DNA from: Candidatus Zhuqueibacterota bacterium
Lineage (GTDB): Bacteria > Zhuqueibacterota > Zhuqueibacteria > Thermofontimicrobiales > Thermofontimicrobiaceae
Direction of reading: 5' to 3'
Length of the DNA: 64,000 bases
Assembly (NCBI GenBank): GCA_049322915.1
Contig: JBMOPW010000014.1
Coordinates: forward strand, 128,001 to 192,000
Part shown: in pieces, positions 39,446-48,410 of the stretch
How positions within the stretch are numbered: the first letter of the stretch is position 1
Layout: the number at the start of each line of letters is the position of its first letter
The notes under the pieces: model-generated
What the model was told of the DNA's origin: nothing
What the model saw: only the letters and a program-made list of their open reading frames with translations
The model's database searches: none
Made by a program: the position numbers and the translations under genes

Positions 39446-41725
39446 TTATGGAAGCAGAATCATTTTCTTTGTCTGCGTGAAAGAGCCAGCCTCCAGTCGG
39501 TAGAAATAAATGCCGCTCGATACCGGCTGGCCGGCATTGTCCTTCCCGTTCCATTTTATGTGATAACTCCCTGAAGCCTGTTCCTTCTCCATCAGCGTTT
39601 GAATCGTTTGCCCTAACACATTAATCACCCGCACCGTCACAAAGGACGGAGATTTCAGATAATAGGAAATGACCGTTGTTGGGTTGAACGGATTGGGATA
39701 ATTCTGATACAGCACTGTGGACGTTGGCAGTGTCGGTTCGTCGTCGCGCTGGTCCACCGGGAGATCCAGCAATGCGGCTGCCACATCGATTTTCCCATAG
39801 CCCCATTGATCGTTGGGCATAGTGCCTGTATAGCTATCGTTTCGGCAGGTCTCAATCAGGGAATTCCGCGCCTGAATAGCATCCCGATTCGGATATTTTT
39901 CAAACATGAGCGCGACGACGCCGGCAACGTGAGGAGCGGCCATGCTCGTCCCCTGGGTGAGCGCGTGTTTGTTGTCCGGGCAAATATAGGCATTGGGGTA
40001 ATCGACGCTGCCGGAATTGAAAATTGAATACGTGCCGCTCGGCGGCGCGCTGATCGAATAGCTGGAGGCGATTTTTTCGCCGGGCGCGCAGATTTCCGGT
40101 TTCACGCGGCCATCTCGGGTCGGCCCGGGACTGGAAAAATCCGACACCTCGTTGACCGTCAGTCCGGGGATGTACAGCGAGTTGCCATCCAGATCTGTCC
40201 AGTTCGATTTGGTGACGTAGGAGCCGACAGTGATGGCATTGAACGCTGTGCCCGGCGTGCCGGCAATCATGGTATAGTCAATGTTGGAACTGAAATAGAC
40301 ATCCATAGTGGAGCCGCCCAGCCAGATATCGAACCGGCCAGTAGCGCCAAACACTTTTATTTTCCAGTTGCCGTTCTTGGGCGGCTTATTCGCGTAATAG
40401 TCATAGATCTGAACTAAAACATATTTATCGCCATTCAACGGACTTGGGCCGCCTTTCGCATTAGAAATATAAATCACTCCTTCCGGCGTGTCAAATCCCG
40501 AATCATGACCGCTGGAGACAGGGCCGTAGCTTTCGCCTGATGGGGTGATGATCTGGACGGAATAATTGAAAAGCGCTTCGTACCAGCCATCGAACTGAAT
40601 GATGTCATTCACGTTATCTGCAAGCGGGGTATAGGCCGGCACCGTGAAAATCGATTCGATGGAAGTGGTGCCGCTACCGAAGGCGCCGCTGATGTGAATC
40701 GCTTTCTCGCCATCATTTCCGGCGGAGACAACAACAGCTTTGCCATTGATGCCGGGCCCGACCAGATTATCAATGGCCTGTTCGCCGAGACCTTTACCAT
40801 CGTGCGGGCCGCTGCTTCCACCAAGGCTCAGATTGATGACGTACGGTTTGCCCAACTGTCCGGCGAGACTGTCGATGAAGACTATCGCGTTGATATAATC
40901 GATTTCAGAAAAGCTGATGCTTCCCTGAACCCGGGTTGCCTTGACAATGATGAGATCGGCCTTGGGAGCGACGCCCAGGTAGGTTCCGGCCGCAACGCCA
41001 TTGCCAGTCGCCTGACCGTTGCCGGCGGCGCAGCCTGCGACATGCGTGCCGTGTCCCACAACATCTGATTCATTGATCGTCCCGATGCCATTCAGCGCGT
41101 TATTGATTTCCTGTTCGGTGTACAGCGTGCCGCCATACTGGTCCGGGCCGTCGAGACTGCCATCTCCGTTGGTGTCGCCGGGGTAGCTGAAATCGAGCAT
41201 GGCTTTGATGCGCGTGGTCCCGTTGCTGTTGCGGAAGTCCATGTGCCGCCAGTCGATGCCGGTATCCACCACGCCGATGATGACTCCCTGTCCTGACACA
41301 TTGTATTGCTGCCAGGCTTGAGTGGCTTTGATCTCGCTCAGACTTTCATCCGTGTGAATCGTCAGTTTTTGAGGCAATTGCAGATAGAAAATTCCATCGT
41401 GCCTGACGATGGTTTCGATGGTTGCCAGCGGAACACAGGCGGTGACGATGTCGCCGATCTGCGCCTGGGCCGATACTCCGAGCGCGCGCAGTTCCGTTGT
41501 TGTGAGCGATGTTTTTATCAGCATCGGAATGAATTCAATGGAAGAGGAGGCAGCGCCTTCGGTCAAATGTTTGGTGAGAGCGACTCGCAATTCGGGCCGT
41601 TCCAACATCAGCGCAATTTTGGGGTCGAGTTTTTTATACGCGTCGCCGGACAATTGACCTGCCATCAACGGCACATATAATAGGCTTAAGAATATGGCTG
41701 TAAAAATTTTTGTCTTCAGATTCAT
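39446..41725 (-). CDS. Secreted S8 subtilase with propeptide, jelly-roll insertion and FlgD/T9SS-type CTD
   Basis: Signal peptide. Catalytic triad VVDTGID / GHGTHVAG / GTSMAAPHVAG, oxyanion SAGN, and QNYPNPFNPTT...SGIYFYRL. Confidence 0.93.
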   Translation of the reverse strand: MNLKTKIFTAIFLSLLYVPLMAGQLSGDAYKKLDPKIALMLERPELRVALTKHLTEGAASSSIEFIPMLIKTSLTTTELRALGVSAQAQIGDIVTACVPLATIETIVRHDGIFYLQLPQKLTIHTDESLSEIKATQAWQQYNVSGQGVIIGVVDTGIDWRHMDFRNSNGTTRIKAMLDFSYPGDTNGDGSLDGPDQYGGTLYTEQEINNALNGIGTINESDVVGHGTHVAGCAAGNGQATGNGVAAGTYLGVAPKADLIIVKATRVQGSISFSEIDYINAIVFIDSLAGQLGKPYVINLSLGGSSGPHDGKGLGEQAIDNLVGPGINGKAVVVSAGNDGEKAIHISGAFGSGTTSIESIFTVPAYTPLADNVNDIIQFDGWYEALFNYSVQIITPSGESYGPVSSGHDSGFDTPEGVIYISNAKGGPSPLNGDKYVLVQIYDYYANKPPKNGNWKIKVFGATGRFDIWLGGSTMDVYFSSNIDYTMIAGTPGTAFNAITVGSYVTKSNWTDLDGNSLYIPGLTVNEVSDFSSPGPTRDGRVKPEICAPGEKIASSYSISAPPSGTYSIFNSGSVDYPNAYICPDNKHALTQGTSMAAPHVAGVVALMFEKYPNRDAIQARNSLIETCRNDSYTGTMPNDQWGYGKIDVAAALLDLPVDQRDDEPTLPTSTVLYQNYPNPFNPTTVISYYLKSPSFVTVRVINVLGQTIQTLMEKEQASGSYHIKWNGKDNAGQPVSSGIYFYRLEAGSFTQTKKMILLP

Positions 41726-41737
41726 GATGCAGTCTCC

Positions 41738-42118
41738 CTAATATTTTTGAATTTTCCCCAGTGAATCCGATGGTGTCGCTTTTACGGTTCGTGAGCTTTG
41801 AATGGTTTCCACGAATTTCATTTTTGATAAGTCATATACGGCATGCGCCGGAACAGAAGCTGTATAAATAGTCCCGATGTTCGCCATGATTTTTATATCT
41901 CTATTGGAGAGAAACGCTTTGTGTTCTTCACCAATGGGCTCATTGACCTTGAAAATTACAGGAATGCGCGTATTCAACTGCCCGGCTTGTTTCAATTGCT
42001 GAAGCTGTAATTTCAGCCCGGGGTCCACCTTCTTCTCGAAGTCAGCATCTTTGCATGAAAAAACGCTGACTAAAAAAATCGCAATCAAGTATCGTGACCT
42101 GAAAATGAGATTGAACAA
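41738..42118 (-). CDS. Small lipoprotein resembling a subtilase propeptide (I9-like)
   Basis: GAGGAGG RBS 9 nt before TTG at 42118, lipobox VFS-C, and similarity to the propeptide of the downstream S8 protease. Confidence 0.75.
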   Translation of the reverse strand: MFNLIFRSRYLIAIFLVSVFSCKDADFEKKVDPGLKLQLQQLKQAGQLNTRIPVIFKVNEPIGEEHKAFLSNRDIKIMANIGTIYTASVPAHAVYDLSKMKFVETIQSSRTVKATPSDSLGKIQKY

Positions 42119-42587
42119 AATGAATCGCCTCCTCGATAGTAATGATAGGTGCAGACATGGACGAGAAAGAAGCGTGACATCCGTCGAGTGCAAAAAACGA
42201 TCGATGGAATAGCTGCAATGAAAAAACAATCCTGAGTCAGAAATGCAGAGCAACCCCATCAGTTCTCGCCATAGCCCCATTGCAGTAATTTCGTGCTCAG
42301 AAATTGCTCAGTCACGTGTTTGTTTTCTCATCATGTTGCGCAGTTTGAGTGGTTAATATAACAATATTACTGATAGAATCAAAGTGAAATTTAAAATGCT
42401 ACGATAAAATAAATGTGTTGATAGTCACAGCAGGTCAAGTTTAGCGAGCGCCGGCGAGAATTGCTGCAGCGCTTTTGTAGGATAGTGTGGCAGCGAAGAA
42501 GACCGACCTGAATATTCGGGCAGAGTTTGAATCGATGACAATATGCAGTGCGTGCGGAGAATATTCAGGTCGATTGGAGAAAAGACA

Positions 42588-43712
42588 TCAGATTTTCTTT
42601 TCGTAAAGACGATAGGTCTTATACACACGGGCGCCGATATTTTTGAGCGCAATGTTCATTGGATCGTTGTTTTCAAGGATCCAGGAGAACTCGCCCCAGG
42701 TGTATCCTTTTGCAATACCTTTTTTGTAAGTATCGACGTAGAACACAGCATCGAGTCCCTTGTTCCTGTATTCTTTGATGATGCCCATGATGATGACTCG
42801 CAGCCGGCTTATTTTACGGCTAAAGTAGAGAAGTTTGAAAATGCCGAAAGGAAACAAGCGCCCGTTGAGTTTGTGGAGAGCCTGATTAATGTCAGGGCAG
42901 GCCAATGAAAAACCAATGGGCTGACCATCGTGCTCCGCGAAAAAGACAATATCCTCGTCGATAATTTGCACCAGATTTTTGGCGATATGCTCCAGTTCGT
43001 GCTCGGTGAGCGGAACAAAGCCGAAGTTCTTCTCCCAGGCATGGTTGTAAACATACTTAATTTTTTCGAGCTCGCTGGCAAAGTCTTTTTTGTCAATTTT
43101 TCTGAAGGTGAATTTGCTGCGGCTTTTCATCTTTTCGACGACATGGATGACCCGATCGGGCATGGGGTTGTCCTTGCTCATTTCATAGGCCCATAAATCC
43201 ATGATTTTGCGGAAGCCGTATTTTTCAATTAATGCCTGATAATAGGGTGGATTGTGAGGCATGAGAATCACCGGGGGCGTGTCGAATCCGTCGACCAGCA
43301 GACCGCAGGTATCGTTTTGCGAGTAGTTTTCCGGGCCGCGAATGCAATCCAGTTTTTTGCGCCGGCCCCATTCCATCACAGCATCCAGCAATTTCGAGGC
43401 GACTTCATCGCTCTGTATGGATTCGAAAAAGCCGAAGAATCCGACGTTCTCCTCATGAATTTGGTTGTGGCGATTATTCAGAATAGCGACAACCGTCCCA
43501 ACGGCGCGTTTGCCGGCGCGAGCGATGAAAAATTCGGCTTCGGAATGCTCGAAGAAGGGATTGGTCTTTTTATTGAAAACATCCTTTTGCTGAGAGATGA
43601 GGGGTGGCACCCAGACCGGGTCATCTTTATAAATTGTCCAGGGCAGTTTGATGAAGTCATTCCAGTCTTTTCGGGAAGAGACAACAGAGACAGTGATTGT
43701 ATCAGGGTTCAT
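42588..43712 (-). CDS. GNAT-fold acyltransferase, YghO / bacterial ceramide synthase (bCerS)-like
   Basis: FIKLPW.IY..DP.WVPPL, NPFF, GFFGFFE, GLLVDGF..PP..LMPHNPPYY, YN.AW..NFGF.P, PDINQ and SWILE.N. Directly downstream of the spt-like gene. Confidence 0.8.
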   Translation of the reverse strand: MNPDTITVSVVSSRKDWNDFIKLPWTIYKDDPVWVPPLISQQKDVFNKKTNPFFEHSEAEFFIARAGKRAVGTVVAILNNRHNQIHEENVGFFGFFESIQSDEVASKLLDAVMEWGRRKKLDCIRGPENYSQNDTCGLLVDGFDTPPVILMPHNPPYYQALIEKYGFRKIMDLWAYEMSKDNPMPDRVIHVVEKMKSRSKFTFRKIDKKDFASELEKIKYVYNHAWEKNFGFVPLTEHELEHIAKNLVQIIDEDIVFFAEHDGQPIGFSLACPDINQALHKLNGRLFPFGIFKLLYFSRKISRLRVIIMGIIKEYRNKGLDAVFYVDTYKKGIAKGYTWGEFSWILENNDPMNIALKNIGARVYKTYRLYEKKI

Positions 43713-43737
43713 GAGCTTCTCCACTTTTATGATGATG

Positions 43738-43792
43738 AAAAAAAACCTGCTTATCCCCCATTTTGTGAAACCGGGACAGGTAAACAGGTTTT
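43738..43792 (-). terminator. Terminator-like hairpin between spt and bCerS-like gene
   Basis: Minus strand AACCTGTTTA...TAAGCAGGTT followed by a long T-run. Confidence 0.5.
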
Positions 43793-43829
43793 AATGTATG
43801 AAAAGATGAGGCAGCATGGAATGGGTTAA

Positions 43830-45020
43830 TCACGATGCAATCAATCCTGATTGTTTGCCAATTTTATAAAATATTTCCAGCACATGATCCAGTTCTTCCG
43901 TTGTATGGGTGGCCATGTAGCTCGTGCGAATGAGCGCATGGTCTGGCTCAACAGCCGGGCTGATGACCGGATTTGAAAAAATACCATTCTCGAACAACAG
44001 CTTCCAGAAGTAGAAGGTTTTGAGATCGTCGCCGATGATGATCGGGATGATGGGGGACTGAGTTACGCCGGTATTAAAACCCATCTCCTCAAATCCTTTT
44101 TTCATTTTATTTGAATTCTTCCACAGTTGCTCCAGCCGCTCCGGTTCGGATTTCAGGATGTCCAATGCGGCATTGACTGTCGCCACGGCCGATGGAGGCA
44201 TACTTGCCGAGAAAATGAGGGCGCGGGCATGGTGCTTAATGTAATTGATGACTTTTTTCTCGCCAGCAAGGAAGCCGCCGAGGGAGGCGAATGATTTGCT
44301 GAACGTGCCCATAATCAGGTCGATGCTGTCGTTCATGCCAAAATGCTCGCCGGTGCCGCGTCCGTGTTTCCCGAGGACGCCGCAGGAATGCGCATCGTCG
44401 ATCATGATGCGCGCGCCGAATTCTCTGGCCAGTTTCGCCATCTCCGGTAATTTAACAATGTCCCCCTCCATGCTGAATACGCCATCGGAAACGATCAATT
44501 TGCCGGCAGTATCGCTGTCGTTGGTTTCCAGCACCCGACGCAGATCGTCCATGTCGTTGTGTTTGAATTTATAAGTGCGACCAAACGAAAGCCGGCAGCC
44601 ATCGATGATGCTGGCGTGATTGGCTCGATCGCTGAACACTAGATCGTTCTTGCCGATGATGGTGGAAATTGCACCCTGATTTGTTTGAAATCCGGTGGAA
44701 AAAACCAGCGTCGCCTCTTTCTGGACAAAGTCGGCCAACTTTTCCTCCAGCTCTTCGTGCAGCGTGAGCGTTCCATTGAGAAACCGTGAACCGGTACACC
44801 CGGAACCGAATGTTTCGAGCGCATCGATGGCTGCTTTTTTGACGCGCGGATCCTGAGTCAAACCGAGGTAGTTGTTCGATCCAATCATGATGAATTTTTT
44901 GCCGTCGATCATCACCGTCGAACCGGCGCCCGATTGAATCGCTTTGAAGTAAGGATAGTAACCCTGAGCCTGTGCTTCTTCAACTCGCGTATAGGTGTAA
45001 GCCTTCTGAAATAAGTCCAA
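43830..45020 (-). CDS. spt: PLP-dependent alpha-oxoamine synthase, most likely serine palmitoyltransferase
   Basis: YPYF, GSNNYLGL, GSGCTGSRFLNGTL, NHASIIDG, DDAH, GTFSKS (PLP Lys) and IFSAS. TTG start with AAGGAG RBS. Confidence 0.8.
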   Translation of the reverse strand: MDLFQKAYTYTRVEEAQAQGYYPYFKAIQSGAGSTVMIDGKKFIMIGSNNYLGLTQDPRVKKAAIDALETFGSGCTGSRFLNGTLTLHEELEEKLADFVQKEATLVFSTGFQTNQGAISTIIGKNDLVFSDRANHASIIDGCRLSFGRTYKFKHNDMDDLRRVLETNDSDTAGKLIVSDGVFSMEGDIVKLPEMAKLAREFGARIMIDDAHSCGVLGKHGRGTGEHFGMNDSIDLIMGTFSKSFASLGGFLAGEKKVINYIKHHARALIFSASMPPSAVATVNAALDILKSEPERLEQLWKNSNKMKKGFEEMGFNTGVTQSPIIPIIIGDDLKTFYFWKLLFENGIFSNPVISPAVEPDHALIRTSYMATHTTEELDHVLEIFYKIGKQSGLIAS

Positions 45021-45066
45021 TTGAGTTCTCCTTATGAATGGTTATCTTATCGCATAAGTCAAGGCA

Positions 45067-45095
45067 AATATAAAAATCATTTTAGCCATTGTCAA
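45067..45095 (-). promoter_or_regulatory. sigma70-type promoter of spt
   Basis: Minus strand TTGACA-N17-TATATT. Confidence 0.65.
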
Positions 45096-45135
45096 GATTA
45101 AAAGTTTAGTAACTGTAAAATTAATAAAACTACTG

Positions 45136-45164
45136 TTGCATTTTTTCATTAGAGTTTGTATTTT
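45136..45164 (+). promoter_or_regulatory. Divergent promoter for the SDR (CerR-like) gene
   Basis: TTGCAT-N17-TATTTT with TG just before the -10. Confidence 0.45.
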
Positions 45165-45363
45165 CAGGAGTAGACAGAGAAAAAAATAGAACCCGATGCA
45201 TGTGTCGGATGCGATCAGCGCTGCTGAACGGCCGCTTTATTCCTGCTCTGTCGCAGTGTGCGGGGAGTACAAAGGATAAAATGAAAATGGGCTTTTCAAG
45301 CCGGGCTGGCCGGCTTTGCCAAAGGCAAATTTACGATCTGTAATTCAAGTCAGGGGAAAATTC

Positions 45364-46344
45364 ATGCGCGTGCTTGTCACCGGCAGCAATGGTTTTATTG
45401 GAAGCCATCTGGTCGAACGGCTTGTGAGCCGGAACGATGAAGTGCTCTGCCTCGTTCGAAAGACGAGTCGTCTCACATGGATAGAGCAACTTCCGGTCAC
45501 ATTTGTCTATGGAGATGTGTGTGACTCGGATTCGCTTCGCTCCATTGTTCAGGGCGTTGATTACGTCTATCATCTCGGCGGAGTTGTCCGGGCCAGATCA
45601 GAAGCGGAATTCATTCGGGTCAATGTCGAGGGCACAAAAAACCTGCTGGAGGCGTGCCGGCTGAACAATCCCCGGCTGCGACGATTTGTGCTGGTCTCCA
45701 GCCAGGCCGCGGCCGGCCCGAGCCCTGACAGGACGCCGCTCACCGAAGACGTCCCGCCTCGGCCAATTTCAGCATACGGCCGGAGCAAAATGCAGGCGGA
45801 GTCCGCAGTGATGAGTTATAGGAGATTTTTTCCGTACACCATTATCCGGCCGCCGTCGGTGTACGGCCGGCGCGATGATGATATTTTTGTCATTTTCAAA
45901 GCGGTAAAATTTGGTGTGAAACTGTTGATCGGCTGGAGAAATAAAAAAATCAGCCTGGTTCATGTCGATGATTTAACTCGGGGAATATGCCTGGCGGCCG
46001 AATCGGATCGGGCGGAGAACCAGGTGTTTTCCATCGCCAATCCGGAGGCGTATGACTGGCTGGAAATTATGAACGAAATCAGTCGCGCACTGGGGACAAA
46101 CGCGATGACAATAAGGATTCCTGAATCGTTACTGAGTTTCATGGCCGGGCTGAATGAGAAGCTCGCCCGCGTCCTGCATTCGGAGGCGGTGTTCAACATG
46201 GACAAAGCGAATGAGATGAAACAGGATTACTGGCTGATCAGCAGCGTCAAGGCGGCGAAGTTGCTGGATTTCAAAACTCAAATCGATCTGGAACAGGGAT
46301 TGAGGGATACGGCGATCTGGTATAAGCAACAGGGCTGGTTGTAA
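45364..46344 (+). CDS. NAD(P)-dependent extended SDR, putative ceramide reductase (CerR-like)
   Basis: VTGSNGFIG, VSSQAA.GP, P.SAYGRSK, RPP.VYG and VHVDDL. Transcribed divergently from spt. Confidence 0.72.
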   Translation: MRVLVTGSNGFIGSHLVERLVSRNDEVLCLVRKTSRLTWIEQLPVTFVYGDVCDSDSLRSIVQGVDYVYHLGGVVRARSEAEFIRVNVEGTKNLLEACRLNNPRLRRFVLVSSQAAAGPSPDRTPLTEDVPPRPISAYGRSKMQAESAVMSYRRFFPYTIIRPPSVYGRRDDDIFVIFKAVKFGVKLLIGWRNKKISLVHVDDLTRGICLAAESDRAENQVFSIANPEAYDWLEIMNEISRALGTNAMTIRIPESLLSFMAGLNEKLARVLHSEAVFNMDKANEMKQDYWLISSVKAAKLLDFKTQIDLEQGLRDTAIWYKQQGWL

Positions 46345-46433
46345 CTGAAGCGAGATCGGCCGGCCAATGCCTCGCGGCTCTTTTCTCTATTAGGAATCCG
46401 AATCGAATGGATTCAAATCGTCAGGAAAAATCC

Positions 46434-46892
46434 ATGAAATTTATCGTCGATGTCATGTTGGGCAAATTGGCGAAGTGGCTTCGAATTCTTGGATACGATA
46501 CAGTGTACGATCCCCATTTTACCGACGATGACCTGTTTTTCAGAGCGCATCAGGAGAGAAGAATTTTACTGACAAGGGATAAACAGCTATCGCAGCGGAT
46601 GAACCCGGACTATACTTTTTTTGTCACAGAACTTTTGGCCCCGCAGCAGGTGAAACAGGTAGTCGAACATTTTAAGCTGGACACAACACATGGCATTTTC
46701 ACCCGATGCACTTTGTGCAATTCGCCTGTCACAGCCATCCCGAAACAGACGGTTCAGGGAAAAGTCCCGGACTATGTATTTCGGACTACAGACCAATTTT
46801 ATTTTTGTCCGGCATGTGAAAAAATCTACTGGCCGGGATCGCACACCAAGCAGGTTCGGGACGCGCTGAAATCCTTATCCGCAGGAACATGA
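46434..46892 (+). CDS. Mut7-C RNase (PIN-fold with Zn ribbon)
   Basis: FIVDVMLGKLAKWLRILGYD, RILLTRD, TRCTLCN and CPAC.KIYWPGSH. Confidence 0.88.
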   Translation: MKFIVDVMLGKLAKWLRILGYDTVYDPHFTDDDLFFRAHQERRILLTRDKQLSQRMNPDYTFFVTELLAPQQVKQVVEHFKLDTTHGIFTRCTLCNSPVTAIPKQTVQGKVPDYVFRTTDQFYFCPACEKIYWPGSHTKQVRDALKSLSAGT

Positions 46893-47134
46893 ATATGACC
46901 AATGAAGAAGCATTGCGTGAAGAGCAACGAAAAATGCGGCTGTTGAAAACGCTGATCGACTTGACCACAGCCGTTCTTTACCAGGGCAATCTTTCGGTAT
47001 TTGAGACGATCCAACTGATTCATAACACGAAAAAGGCCGTGTTGAAGTTATTCCCGGACAAAGAGGAAACCTACAATCTCATTTACAAGCCGCGGTTTGA
47101 ACGGATATTGAATGAGCGCCTGCAACAGAATTGA
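46889..47134 (+). CDS. Small helical hypothetical protein
   Basis: 81 aa, ATGA overlap with the Mut7-C gene, and LFPDKEETYNLIYKPRFER motif. Confidence 0.7.
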   Translation: MNMTNEEALREEQRKMRLLKTLIDLTTAVLYQGNLSVFETIQLIHNTKKAVLKLFPDKEETYNLIYKPRFERILNERLQQN

Positions 47135-47161
47135 TCCTGTTCGATCCGTTGGCAACTGCAC

Positions 47162-48238
47162 TCACGCCAGATCTTTCAAAATGTACAGCAACATGCGGAC
47201 TGCTTTTTCCATGTCCGCCACTGCAATTTTTTCATTGGTGGAATGCTCATTTTGCGCGCCAATTCCCAGCACGGCTGTTTGAATCCCTTTGTTGTTGTAA
47301 ATAGAAGCATCTGTAAAACCCGTGATAAAAACAGCTTTGGGTTCCAAACCGACCGATTGAATCGCCCTGCTGGCGATCTTCACAACCGGACTGGTTTCGG
47401 GAATGCTCACCGCATCGCAAAGGATAGTTGTGCGAACTTCAGCTCTGGCGCCAAATTGATTCACTTCAGAAAGGATGATGGACCGCATCCCCTCGGCCAG
47501 ATCGATCGCTTTCTGATGGTTCAAACTTCGGCACTCCGCCGCAAATACGACTTTATCCGGAACCCCGTTTCGAACGAGTCCTCCGGAAATCGTTCCGATA
47601 TTCGCGGTTGTATCTTTATCCAATCGGCCCAGACGGAGCCTGGTGATGGCGCGGGCAGCCGCCTGAATTGCCGAAATGCCCTTCTCCGGTTCCATGCCCG
47701 CATGGGCGCCCTTGCCTGTAATTTCAACATCAATGGCAACGTACGTGGGCCCGCCGATGACAATGCAGTCCAGAACATCGCCGTCCATGAGAAACCCGAT
47801 CTCCGATTCCAATAATGAAAAATCAAGATTCTTCACGCCGGTGAGTCCGACCTCCTCCTGCCGGCTGACCACAAATTCAATGGGTGGGTGACTATCCGCC
47901 CGGATCAATGCCTCAATCACTTCAGCAATTCCGGCTTTGTCGTCCGCGCCGAGGATGGTATCGCCGCGGGAAGAGATAACGCCCTGCACCAACCCAGGCT
48001 CGATACCTACGCCCGGTTTCACTGTATCCGCATGACAGCTCAACATGATTGGCTTGCGTTGTTTCGATTGTTTTGCCGGCAATTTGGCGATGAAATTGCC
48101 GTACGAGTCACGATGGATTTTAGCATGAAATGTGGAAGCAAAATATTTTTCCAGAAATTGCATCATCTGTTCTTCATTCCCTGATTCGCTGTCGATGGTT
48201 ACCATTTCCATGAACAACTTAATCATTCGGTCAGGCAT
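47162..48238 (-). CDS. M20 family metallopeptidase (peptidase T-like)
   Basis: IDSESG.E, CHADTV, LGADDKAG, QEEVG, AHAG..PEKG and EHSTNE. Confidence 0.88.
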   Translation of the reverse strand: MPDRMIKLFMEMVTIDSESGNEEQMMQFLEKYFASTFHAKIHRDSYGNFIAKLPAKQSKQRKPIMLSCHADTVKPGVGIEPGLVQGVISSRGDTILGADDKAGIAEVIEALIRADSHPPIEFVVSRQEEVGLTGVKNLDFSLLESEIGFLMDGDVLDCIVIGGPTYVAIDVEITGKGAHAGMEPEKGISAIQAAARAITRLRLGRLDKDTTANIGTISGGLVRNGVPDKVVFAAECRSLNHQKAIDLAEGMRSIILSEVNQFGARAEVRTTILCDAVSIPETSPVVKIASRAIQSVGLEPKAVFITGFTDASIYNNKGIQTAVLGIGAQNEHSTNEKIAVADMEKAVRMLLYILKDLA

Positions 48239-48410
48239 AGGTTTCTCCGTGGCTAATAGAGTTTACGAATTTAAATCCTTCGTTTTGATTTGGACAAAAA
48301 AAAAATTTATGAGTGAGGATCGGAAAACATACGACAGGCAGCATCCAGCCGCTTTTCGAACTGAGTCGAAAAAATAGCTGGTCGAAAATGCCCGACACCG
48401 GCGAAAGCAC

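Noticed and set aside
42119..42280. N-terminal extension of the 180-aa ORF
   Set aside because: A strong RBS, the TTG at 42118 and the lipoprotein signal define a shorter protein.
43830..45020. Annotation as bioF (8-amino-7-oxononanoate synthase) or kbl
   Set aside because: No biotin or tdh genes are nearby. The GSRFLNGT motif and the adjacent GNAT and SDR genes favour Spt, though this is not proven.
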